Source: Haplodiscus bocki (Eukaryota). Taken from it: a DNA stretch of 64,000 nt. The notes under the pieces are model-generated. The model searched no databases. It saw nothing but the letters and a program-made list of their open reading frames with translations, and had not been told where the DNA came from. How positions within the stretch are numbered: the stretch's first letter is position 1; the number at the start of each line of letters is the position of its first letter. The translations under genes and the position numbers were made by a program. The stretch is from contig OZ296651.1 of the NCBI GenBank assembly GCA_965655095.1, forward strand, positions 53,754,001-53,818,000. The letters are read 5' to 3'. This document shows, piece by piece, positions 46,055-58,600 of this stretch.

Positions 46055-46771
46055 TTATCCCGCGAAAAGCGGGATATTGCAATCACCTTCGTGTGTCTGT
46101 TTGTTTGTTTGTTTGTTTGTTTGTTTGTTTGTTTGTTTGTTTGTTTGTTTGTTTGTTTGTTTCTTAGCAGGATTTCTCATAAACTGCTGGTCGGATTTTG
46201 ATGAAATTTGGTGAGTAGGGAAGTGATGATCATAGGAAGACCGAGTTCAAAGTTGGGCGTGATCCGGATTGAAATCCGGATCTGAGATCCGGATAACTGT
46301 TTCTCATGAACTACTGGTCGGATTTTGATAGTGAAAAATATAGCCAGTCTTTCAGTGCAGTAGTGGTTCATACATATATACAACTTATTCCGATGATGAC
46401 TTGCGCAAGGGTGGACGAGTGGTATATATGCGAGTCGCAGGAGATGGAGATTGTGGGTTCGATCCCCGGTGACAACAGATAATTTTTCAATTTTATATTT
46501 TGTTACTATTCTGGTCCGCGGGACATTTTCAAATTTTCGTGGTCACCGGGGACTTAAGCCAGAATCTTCATCTCCGGAGTGTCCCGTCTGCACCACTGCT
46601 GTACACTGCCACAAGATGACTGGAGAAATGGTCCTTTACAAATCTGTGTGGACGCAAAGACACAAAAAGGATCAGCGATCTGAAATATCAACGACTGGGT
46701 TACGATCCAGGATATCGGAGGGTCCAAGGGCTTTCGCGGGGTCTGCGCTCTCCGAGTGCCATTTTCTAGTT
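46055..46771 (+). mobile_element. Complete non-autonomous Helentron/DINE-1-like element
   Basis: Subterminal inverted repeats CCCGCGAAA(A)G / CTTTCGCGGG (46731-46740), internal (TGTT)n, 3' hairpin GCGCTC-tcc-GAGTGC and CTAGTT end in a T-rich site. Confidence 0.78.
46098..46162. repeat. (TGTT)n microsatellite
   Basis: About 16 perfect units. Confidence 0.95.
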
Positions 46772-48859
46772 TCTATTGTAATGCGCGACAAAAATGTAAG
46801 ACTGTCTGTCACTTGTAAAATTAATTATGCCGCATCCAAAAACATGCAAAACTTTATTTATTTTTCGTCCGCCAAATTTTGAAAGCAGACTACAAAACCC
46901 CGCCTAATTTTGTGATTATCTTTGAAGAAACTTGAAAGACATCACAGCAGCAGACAAAATTTAAGCATAATAGGAATCATCCAAAATCATTTAAAAAGTG
47001 TTTGGTAACATATAAAATCTTACAAAACTCTCCTGCTTTTCACGAAAGGAAAGATATGAGTGTTGAATGATTGATTAGCCTTCCATGTGTGAATTATTGG
47101 CGGAAAGTTTTGACCGAAGATTAATCAAACTGTTTCTCAACGAATCACGGCCGATTAGATTTTCTACCAACCTTCTAGAAATAATTCATTTTCTCGGATT
47201 TTCTTGGAAATATCTTACTGTTTCTTGCAATATTCTTGCAAGAAACTTTAATGTGAGTGATTCTTGCAAGAACTTTGGAAGGAAAATCTGGGGATTGTCC
47301 AAGGAAAATATAAAGAATTTTCTGAAATTCAAAATCCAGCTGATCTGCTTTTTCACAACCCACCTGAAAAATTCACAAATTAGCGTCAGATAGGTTCAAA
47401 TGGATAATTTAACTTGGAAAAAATTCGAGAATAAAATATTGGTTTTATAAAACATTGGATGGAAGATGTCGAAGAAGAAATTATTTGAAGCAGAGCTTAA
47501 ACCGACATTAGGAATCGTTGATATACTTCATTTGTTATATGAAAAATCACAGCAAACCTGGAAAACCGTCAATGACATCTTGGTAACCTGAAATTCAAAA
47601 ACATTGTTGCTGTATTATTCAGTAGAGTAGATATCCAATTGCAGTTTAGAGTTTAGAAATTTTTCGGCCAACCCATTCTCAGAATCATCTCCTGTTTTCT
47701 GTGGTCCTTTACTTCCTGGATGACCCTGAAATGGAAGACAAAATCGTGAAAGTGAAAACAGTTGAGAAAAAGAGAAAATTTTCAGAATATAATCGTTTTT
47801 TGGCCTCTTGGAGTCAGGTATTGTGTTTTTAATCCGGTAAACTTTAGCCAGAGTCATGGTAAAACTTGTGACGAGGTTTTCGACATAAATATATTTTATA
47901 TGAGTATCAATTTACCTTTTTGTCACACCAGGTTGCATAAAAGATTGTCGGCAGTAAGAAACGATTTCTTCGTCATTTCAAATGAGGCAGAAAATAATAT
48001 ATGTGAGCAACTTGGTATACTGTAATGAATATAAAATCTTTTCTGTTGTCATTAGAACATTGCTTTCAGAAGAAGAGTATTGCATTCGGTGGGATTAATG
48101 TATGACTGGCTGACGTTTTCAGATGGATATTTTGAATCAATTTTTTTGGAGATTTTCTAAAGCGCTGTTTTTTGGTCCATCTAGATTCAAGGCAAAGACA
48201 AAGAAAAAAGAATATCTTTTTATTGGATGAACAGATCACCAGCAGCAATTAAAGAATAAATTTTCAAAAAAATTTCAATTGAAAAATTTTCAATGAAGAC
48301 CCAAAATGAGGGAAATCTCTCTTATAGTTTGAGCCCTTAAGTGTCAATAATTACTGAATAATTACATGCGTAACTTCTGAAGCTTCTATCTGAAGTACAA
48401 TAAAAAAATTGTTTATTATTGGCCATAAAATATGCCAACCACCTCTCATGTCTTTGCAATTTTTCGTTCAATTTTTAGGTAAAGAAAACATCTGGTTACA
48501 TTGGTTTTTTTTCCAACGGTCGGCATTTGAATAGAATATGCATCTGTACGTGGTAGCTCAGCGAGTGTAAGCGACAGCGTCTTGTTGACAAGCCAAGACC
48601 AGACAAAAGTTAAACATGTGTTATTGATAGCATATCAGTGTTTATTTGAAACATCATCGACAAACCATAAATGAAACATCAACTGTAACAAGAACCTCCT
48701 TGAGTTACATATTACAAACATTGGGACATTACAGTGCGAGGCACAGGGTCCCAATTTCCGTGTTTGATTCATGGCCGGCAGGGAGTCTATCACCAATTTC
48801 TTAGGTTCCGGTGCCTAAAATAGAAACCTCTGGTGGACTTTATGTACACAATGAAGGAC

Positions 48860-49030
48860 GCAAAATGATTCGGTACTGGAGAATGAACAATCTTGATCTA
48901 CCCGAACTATTCGCAGTTCTGATGTCGGGATCTCTGTGCTGGACTCTGGAGAGAGTGGGAAGTGATATCTATGGATTAGTTGCATCTCACAGCGCTCAGG
49001 CTTAGCCTACTTGGTCCTGAAAATCAAAAA
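48860..49030 (+). pseudogene. Possible decayed hAT C-terminal dimerisation domain remnant
   Basis: YWRMNNLDLPELFAV...ERVGS..G resembles the hATC pattern W....P.L..LA...ER.FS; short and degenerate. Confidence 0.35.
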
Positions 49031-52000
49031 ACTCCAACGTGAACTGCCTGGGAATCGCTCGTTTTCGGTATATTTCACTCTCAGCCCAAAAACTGATTTT
49101 TCAAATCTCCAAGGAACAAGTCTTAGGATACTTTCCATATTAGTAACAAAAAGGGGATAAAGTTTGAACTTTTTTCTAAGTTTTTTCTAGAAGATCTTCT
49201 TTTCGCTTTAGGCCTTGTTTGTATCAAGGGGGGAGTGGGGAACAGGTACTGTGTTTCTGGCCTTCATAGTGATGGATTGTTGTTTTTTAAGGCCTGCGTG
49301 TCAAAAAAATGTAGAAACAACCACTTCGTATCTCTAACCCGAAGTGTGAAACCCAAAAATCCAATGTCAGCTTAGCAGCAACATTTTCAATACATCACTC
49401 TCCCGGAAAACTTTGGACATCCTCTTCCACAGGGACGACGAGTGATGTTGCTCATCAGCTTCCAGATGATGGAGCCTAGGTGATATGAAAGTGAGGATGC
49501 ACTTTTGTGAATAGTCACCTTTGTGAGAGTGGGTGAATAATGGCCCAGATAGAGGTATCTGAGTGTTGGATGGTGTGGGTTGTTGCTGAGCAGAAATCAT
49601 AGGATCCTCATAATCCAAGCTAATGGGAAGTCAACCTGGAGGCATTGGGCTTGACAACCGAAACGTTAGTTTTTGAGCCATTTGTGCGTTTAGACCCACA
49701 ATGAGTGTATATTTAACTACTTCTCATGAGACTTTCTCGCAATTTTAATATTTCAATTTTACCATAATGTCATTTTTGATACATAAGGACTAAATGTGGG
49801 GCAATTTCTCTCAATTGTTGTTCTTGGTTGTTTCCTGTTTTCACTGCACTCCCTGTATTTTTTTTTCCGAAACGACATGTTTTGTTTTTATTTTTGTCTT
49901 TTTTGTCAACTGTTTGCCTTTCGAAAGTATAAAAAATTGATATTTTTAAAGAATTAAAGGTTTCTCACGTTTTCCTTTGTTGAATTTGATTCATAACTCT
50001 TTCCAGCTGGCCACTAAAAACTCAATTCGAGAAGCATAGCTTTCAGTACCTCATGGTTTGGTTCTGCATCCTAAGGGTGGTCTGAAGGAGTTCAAAAACA
50101 AAAAACTTTCCAGCAGCGAAGTAACATTCTTCAGCATGGAGTACTTGCAACAAAAAACATCATATTTAATTGACTGAACCTTTCGTAAGTCAGGGGATAC
50201 GGCAATACGGTTTTTGGTCAATCTCTTTTCATGGCATGAGACGAAGTACATTGTGCATTTAGCACAGATCGATAGACAAAGGGATGAAAATTGGGGGAAA
50301 TGTGTCCAGAACTTATCGTTCGTGTTTCGGAAGCACCGTTACTTCTTTGGAGCCATCATCAATGATTTCTCAAGAGGAGTTGTTTCTGTGTCATGGAGAC
50401 AGTGTTTGCTTAATTGCTTTTACCGAGTGTTCCAAATCAACCATCTGTACTTCGATGTTTTCGAGGAAAATTCTTTCCTTGATCTCGAGAGAGCCAGTGC
50501 AGAGCGTTTGGTGGACTGAAAAGTCTTCTACCGTGCTCGTGACTAAAGACTCACTTGGTTCAATTTTGATTCTTAGCAGCACTTTCAACGGGATTCAGTT
50601 TTCGTGCAACCAAACAAATACCCGATGCATGTCTTTTAAGTACTATCCTCTATTCTCTAATAGGTCCCTGCATCAACTAGATGCAACATCATGTGCAATT
50701 ATGTTTTGGGAGCTTCTAGTAGGGTAGTCGATAGTCCATAACAGGCGTCTGTTAGTTCTGTACGAATGTCAGGAGACTATATTTGTGTTAATTGACTACC
50801 AATCACCATGGTCTAAAGGGGTATCGCGGTGAGGTGATAGACCCAGAGATGCAAACCGTTGCTGGAGGCACAGACAACGTGAGATCCTCCACGTCACAAC
50901 TCATTAGCAGAGCCATGGGAGGAGGCCAAGAACCCAGGAGCATTTTCGCTGATAAATCAACTCTCGGCAATCATGAGGAGGCCTAATCGATTGACAATGG
51001 TGAAGTGGATCCACGAAGACATTGGATGTTCTGCAAAGTTCCACTGATCTCTGACGGAGCTCTGAATGTTGTGTTGTTTGTGGAAAAACTCTAACCAGGC
51101 ATCAAAGTTCCGGTGGTTTCTTTGCGTTTACGGCATGTAAGTCGAAATGTGGTCTGGAAGCCAGCTTTTGGAGAATATTCGAGTTGTGTCACTTGTCTTT
51201 TTAACAAAGAATGTTCTTTTTGCGAAATGCACAAACACATGACCAACAATTCATTTAATCTACAATTGACCGAGGACCCAGCATATAACTCGTGACTCTT
51301 TTTAAATCTGTCAGCCTCTAGTTTTTCATTGGGAAGACGTGACTCAACGTCCAGCCAAAAAAGGATGAATAATTCATGTACCTCCAACTGTCTCATGCTA
51401 ATGGCCAGTTACTGTAAAGTCAATTATTGGAGTATGAGGTTCCAAATTATCGCATGGTTGCTGTTTATGAGTTCGAACACCAGAGATCTGGCTTCTTCGA
51501 TGATCACTTGGGCTCCAAATCTAATCTTCTCTTGTCGCTCCGGCCTTTCTGTTGTCTAGCTGTCAAATGAGTCTCCTTCAATGTCTCGGGCAGTCCAAAT
51601 TGTGTCCAACTTCTGTTTCTGTGGGCGGAGTTGATCTTGTCAGCGTACGGGTGCTTGAGAGGATATGATTGCTTCAAGAGAATAATTTTTATGAACGCCT
51701 ATCAATTTAACTCATAGAAGTATTCAACCTATTGCTCTCTACATTGCAATACCATGTCGTATCCGCAGTCCAAATTCATCATGTTGCAGCTTATCAGTGG
51801 TGAATTTCCTGTGGACATCAAACGCACCACGAATTTTGACAAATGTGCAAACGCAGATTAATATTCGTGTTCATGAGATGGCAAAGTTTCAGGAGTGGCC
51901 AAAAATTGGGAACTGCTCTATTACTGCATTGTTATGATGTCGATTTTTTGGTAATATTCAGAAATTTTTGTGAAAGCAAAGCAACCAATATTAAAACACT

Positions 52001-55000
52001 GAAGAGTTTCAGAAAACTCCGGTGTCCTTTGCCGTGGTCAATCTCCGAGAGACGTTGTTGTTCTGTATAACAAATTCAACTAAAGCATGTTCTACCTCAG
52101 TCGCCTGAAAAAAGTTAGTTCGTCAGCTAAGCACATGCTTGGCTGTATGGCGGTCCCAGAACTTGTCTGAAATCGTCATTGGAGGCATTTGTGTTTTGCA
52201 GCTCGATCTGGCAGGAAAGTTTTTGTATCCCTCGTATGGGAGTTTTCAATCCGTGTGAAAAAATGCAGATAAATTATCCCTGCAGACAAGATTGTTCTTC
52301 TCCAGGATTTTGGTCCCAGTCTGACATGCTCATTCAACATCTGTCTAGGTTCTGCTTGTTCAAAATAGCGACGACTATTACAATTCTTTGGTGTGCTAAA
52401 TTAAAGGAGAGTTTCACTGCTAAATTGTGTCAGGCTAGTCAGGTTTGAAGTGGGAAGGGTTTGCGTTGGCAGAGCTTCTTCGATGTTGCAGCTCCAGGCT
52501 GATAGCATCATTTCTTTCTCGCCCTTAGGACTGCAATATCAGGACTGCAATAATAGATCACCTAGGACTGCAATATCAATTGCAGTGTTTAGTTGTGGAA
52601 TAATCTTCGTTTTTATTACTAACCGCACTGTCAATCCTCTGGATTCTTCTCTACCGGGAGTGTTTTTGTCTTCTGTGTTTGATCTCATGAGCAGCGTCTT
52701 CTTCTGTATAGTCTTCAAAGTATTCGGGAATATCATCTTTCAGCAAATCTTCTACAGTTGATTAGAGAAACTGTTCTCTTTGATATGTACAGAGTTTGAG
52801 GTAGAATATACTTAATCTGTCAATAAAAGGGGAGCCATCGCAGGGTTTTGTTCCAAGTGGAAAAATGCTTACCCATGCTTAACCTTTGGAATTTTAACGT
52901 CCAAGCTCGATGGTTCTGAGGAGCTGCAGATTTATAAACAACGGTTGGTCTCCTGGATGCCCTGGCTTGTTCATCTTATTGTGGTTATCCAGACTGGTTA
53001 TCGATCGCGTCATGGGAGTTTGTCGCGCTTTGTCTGTTTTAATGCGAAATTTGCTAGATGTGAGGATTGGTGACTCTATCGACATCTCGATTTCCACATG
53101 TCCTGCGGCTGCTGACCAGGTCATTTGACCGTCAATCTCTTAAGCGTTGTGATGCCGGACCTTTACTGCTATTTTGTTTGGTGAGGTTTGTTTACAGGTC
53201 TGCTGATGGTCATGGCCTAGCCTTATTTTCACACATGGAGCATTCTTCACAGTTAGACACTTTTTCATTGAGCTTTAATACCTTTGTGCTGCTTGAGTGG
53301 TGATCTTCATATCCACGTACGCGGCGTCCGGGGGCTAAAGGGCAGTGGCTTTGTTTTTTTTTTCAAACCGCTGTTAAGCTTTTCTTTCAGTCTTTCCAAT
53401 TTGCTTTGTTCTGATTGAGACTGATGCTGTCTGATCCCCTCGAAAAAAGTTTCTTCAGATTCAAATCGGTTATACTAATTTCAATCCTGCTAGACTCCTG
53501 AGGCTTCTCAAAATTTTTGAATCGTTCTTGAAATTATCCGTGTTCCAGTTTTTTATCGCAGATTTGTCCCACAACGAAAACAAAAGAAGTTTAATACAAC
53601 GCGACACTAAAAATTAAAAACAGTTTCAGATTGCACACAATCACAGATATCTGGGCGTCAGACCGGTGTTCTCATCGTTTTTCACGGGCCCTTAGTCAAA
53701 ATTGACAGCTTGATTCTTAGTTGACAGGTTTGCCTGAGAAAAAGAAAGTTTGATCAAGAACAGACGTTACGTTACGTGTCGCGGGTGCTTCGGGCATTAC
53801 GTTAGTTTTGCGGTTTTTCGGTTGTTCCGAAGTCCTTTCAATTTCCTAAAGAACCGTTTTTGTCTGTAGTTGGTCAACAGTGTCAGTTTTGTTTTTTCCT
53901 TCTGTTGCTTCAACATCAACAGGGCTTCCTCATTCGTATTTTTTCATATGTATGGGAACTATTCTCAAACAGACTCGATTATGAAGCACCAGCACGTTCC
54001 TGTATCATCGAATCGAAACAGTGTACAAAACTTGGGTTCCATCTTAATGAATGGCTGCGTCCATCATTGAGATTCAGAATCAGTTAATGAATTTCGTTGA
54101 CGTCATGTTTGGCTACACGTCGCAACATGTCAGTCATGCATTCCCAAATTTTTTCAACAGAAAGTTCTTCTTTGGAAGTGGCGGTGTTGATCAGAAGGAG
54201 GACATGACATTTGGCAACCCTGAGTTTTCAAATCCAGGGTGAATGATCTTCCCCAAGCTGGGCCTAACAACGGATATTTTTCGTTCATTGAAATTACTGA
54301 TGAGGGCTTCGGACGTTCCTGATTCCGATGTTTGGTTAGCAGGGGCAGGTAGTGCGATAATTTAATTCACATAAAAGATGTTAGGATGTCGGTGTCTTCT
54401 TACCAGGAGAATTGTTGATGGTCACGTCTTCACTTGTCTTCGCAGAGAGGGATATTGTAGCAATATTTGTCTGAATCTATGAAAATGGTTGTGTTTTGGT
54501 GGCTCCAAATAAATCTTTTGTCTCACGAGCTGTTCCGATTGTTTACACGCCCTACTTTTTTGACTACTGCAATGTGTTCTTAGGCACACAATGACAGGAA
54601 TGTCGATTTTTTTCCATCAAACTTCTCACTTCATCACGTGAGTTGTATATGAGAAAAGTAGATGCACTAGAGTTTACCATAGTTGAAAACGAAACTTGCT
54701 TTTCAGAACGTCGAAGGGGTGAAAGGCTATGATCTCTCGAGAAAAAACTACGGTTTTGACATAGGAGCAGGTTTTCAGGTTAGACCAAATCTTTTATTGC
54801 TGCTATGAACATGATTCAGAAGTCTGCTTCCAACTCTGTGGTTCCTCCGATTGTTCGAGCAATCTCGCAGCAATCTGACATGTCTTCTGTACAAAACATG
54901 CTAACTTCTGGTCCGGTGATCCTCCGTCTGAAACCAGATGTTTGTTGCATCAATTGAGACATAGATTAGAGTTAATCAGACGTTTTCTAAACCAGTGTTC

Positions 55001-56699
55001 TTCTGGCATCATGTTTTCAATTTCACGTCTGCCATTTCTTGCCCCTTGGTTTCTTGCATAGCTAGCTGCACGTTTGTCGTGAAGGGTTGGTTTGCTTGTA
55101 TTTTCAGATTCTGGCATACCTGTCTTGCCGAAAATTGACTGGGCTCAACAATTTACTCCGAAAAGATCACAAATGCATCCATTTCTTTGATATCGAGGCA
55201 AACAACAAGGTCAATTCTGTTTGTTAGGGCGGCTGCCGATTACGGCGTACCGGGAAGGTGCCTAGCATTGTCCAGTAGGGTGGTCCAAGTTGGATGGTGG
55301 AGTCTTTTGCCAGTGAATTCGGGTTCTGGGAGTGCTTTCAGTGTTTTTTCGAGCTCCATCAATCAATTCTTTTATCAAATCTTTAAAGAGGTTAGTTTTA
55401 TTTTTCCAGTTCCTAAAAATAGTACAAAGAAGGCCTCTTTTTGGAAGAAACGGCGGTTGGATGGCAGATAGGTGATGCTTGTTGAGTAGGGCCTGTCGTC
55501 TGGAACTATTTGATCATTTTTGTTACGTTTTACAAATGGTTTTTTCCGGATATGCAATGCTTCGAGTACACAAATTGATGGGTAGAGTAAAAAAAGGCGG
55601 TACTGAAACGTAGTTTCGAAGAACTTGGGGTGATGACTGGGTAGATGGTGGGGGTGAAGGTCTTGCTGGGAGTCATCATTCGGCTCGGCTGACAGATCAC
55701 TTATTCGATCAATACATGGGGTGGGAGGGCATTCTGTGCAAAATAGTGTTTTTCAGCTTATGCTGATTTTCTGGAAAAACGTCTTTGTACGGCTACCATG
55801 GTGGAGGATCCTCATTTCATCTCTCTGGTGATCCAAAAAATCGGTCGTCAAACTGGCAATCTTGCAAGTCAGAAAAGTTTTAGATATCCATGTGGCAATG
55901 AAGATTTGTTTTGTCTAACATCATGTCCATATGATCATTCATGAAGGGCTTAGTACGTTCGAAATTACCTTTCAGCCCTTTGAAGAATTTCTACTAACGA
56001 CCTTCTTGGAAGACAGTTTTAATTCTGACAGATGCTCTCCAAGCGAGTAGCAGCTTTCCTTTTGTTCGGTTTGGTCTGTTGTGACAGAATATCCTGACTT
56101 TGTTGGCCTGACTGGAGTTCTATTTCAAAAACCGTTCATCCAAGTATCTTTCTTGCCCAGACTGGCTTTTATGCAGGTTTTAACGGGTCAATGCATGCCT
56201 TATTTGTTGCTTATTGAGAAAGCCAGCAGCATGACCTTGACGAGAATCAAACTTTCTAGTGGCAAATTTGGTACACAAGTACGCTACTGGATTTGACTCT
56301 TCACCTGCTATATGGAGAAAACCAGATGGAAAAATGGCGGACACTATTGTACGCTCCTAGAACCTCCTGAAGGTACAATTCTCATTAAACCACTGTAATA
56401 ATAAATAAAAGTCGAGCAGTGATCTGTTCTTGCGTTCGATTAGACCATGGGATTGAAGGTGGCTCGCTGACAATGACACAATTCGAGGAACTCTTGGGGT
56501 AGTTCCGCAGTGAATTGAGTGTCGCTTTAGCTTTCCTTTGCGGAATGTGCCCTATGTGGGGTAAACAAACCGGTTAGCAGTTGCCGATTTGTTGCCTTTG
56601 CTGTGTAATCGTTGGTTGTCAAGGGCTTTGCTACTGTGTACTTACTGAAGTGCTCAGTGATCAGTGGGAATCCTCTGCGTCCACCTTTGTTCCTGCAAG

Positions 56700-58600
56700 T
56701 TTGTAAAGAATCTTTTCGCTAGATGGACTCTTCAGGACTTTTGCTCTTGAATGGAAAGAAACTCTACATTTTATATCAACTGGCGTCTACTCAGAATCTT
56801 CCGGACGAAAGTTTGAACCTTTTTTTCATTTCAATTATTTCTGATTCGGGTTTGCGGAAAGTGGAATCTCCCGCTTCATCTTCCAACTTCTTAACCAGTA
56901 GACAATTTTTTTGTGGATCTTTCGTCAAATATAGCGATGCCTTGATCAAATGTTTCCTGATGGTAGTCCATACGTCCACGTTTCCACTTTGAGTCCTTTG
57001 TCATCAGTTTTGTTGTGTGGAAAGTCCTTCCATCGGTATTCCTATACGTCGGAGGTACGCTGAGTTCACCCATTTGACTTTTTGTGAAACTCCGATGAGT
57101 TTCGGTTTTGATATGCTAAAAGTCATAAGTTGTTGAACGCTCGCTATCAGCCTTTGCGTTTCTGCCGCTCCAATGTAAGCTTGTATTTGCATTGTTCCTT
57201 AAAATCTCAAAGATTGCGGCAATTCTTTTATCTGTTCTACCCTTAAGATCCTTAAAATCTAACGCTCGAGGTTTCCAGCAGTTCATCGGGTTTACACTTT
57301 GATGCTTGATCCTGGGTTGTTAGGCCCTTCCGTTTCGATCAATAGTTGCCGAAGGGTTTGGTTCTTTCTTTCAAAGAATTTATTGTCCCACCTGGCGAAC
57401 TCGTGCCTTTTGGATTAGGACCTTCCACAGCCGAAGTTTGAAAAAGCACCACAGGGACGTTTAAATTTTTCACAGCATCTTGTACGAAGCGCATACGTTG
57501 TTGCACCATGAGAATCTGCTGCTTCTTGTTTCAAGTGCATACACGACTTCCACGACGTTGAGTTAAAAAAAGTTCTTGGTGAAGGCTTCCATTCATAGTG
57601 AATGAATTTTTTGTCCACGGTGTACTTCTTTGCATACCGAGGCTACTCGATTTAGCTGCCAGTCTGTTCATGAATCAGGCTGCTAATCTTTATGCGCTGT
57701 CAGGGGGCGGCAGGTACCAGAGGTGCCACGAACAACTCAAATTTCTGAACGCCAACCAAAAAGTAACAGGAAACTGTTTCGGCTCGATTCTTCTGAAACT
57801 TGCTCTCATTCATTGTCTAGTCTACGGCAGCACCTGCGGGTTGGTGCTGGTCCCAACTCGTCCTGTCCGGTGCTGCCAGTTGACAAAACCCATTCACCTT
57901 CAAGGTGTTCGACGCACCTCATTGGGCTCACAAGGGTCTCCGATTTTGGTTTGTGGAGTCCCGGGGTCCCAGCGCTTCATCGGCAAAAGTATCAACAAAT
58001 TTGGCCAGTGATGGCCAAACTCCACGTTCGTTGAACACTTTTGGTCAACAGGGGCTGTCCAAATGCGTTTGGTGTCTTGGAGGTTCCTCGAAAAAGTACC
58101 AGGTCATTTCCTTTGAACTAATGTTTTTTTTTGAGTTTTTACACACTGAAGACACGAGGTTTTCATCGGTCTTGCTTTTTTTCGGTTGTATGGAAACTTT
58201 GTCTTCGCCCCCGAAGATTTGGTTGGCCTAGAGAATTTATTACAGCAAGTTGCAGCAGGAATTGCCTTGCTCTATGGGCTTTTTTCTGACGTTTCGTTAT
58301 CTCGGTCTTTGTGTAGCAGTTTTTTTTCAGCATACTGTTCATAGCATGAGACTCACGAAAGGAGGCAAAAGAAATTATCAAAGTCAAAGACGGTGGTCTA
58401 GAAGGCCAAAAGAAGTGTTTTGTTGTTTTTCAACTGAAAGCACACAGAAGTCCAGTTTTGAATTTTGCAGATACAGCTATCGAACCACAAAGCAAAGAAG
58501 CAGGTATGGCTTTGCCTGCAAGTTGGGATGCATTTTAGATAGTGTTCAAGCGATGAAAACTCATGAAGTTATTCATAATTGAGTCTTTTGACGGGAAAAT
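56700..58600 (-). pseudogene. Heavily decayed LTR-retrotransposon pol-like remnant
   Basis: Fragments in Gypsy order on the minus strand: FHRLNTI (RT-like, ~58540), EGEWVLSTG (RNase H-like, ~57890), DSHGAT (integrase zinc-finger-like, ~57510); many stops and frameshifts. Confidence 0.35.

Noticed and set aside
49600-56000. Possible env or other genes of the decayed minus-strand element
   Set aside because: Only short broken ORFs; no motif I can support
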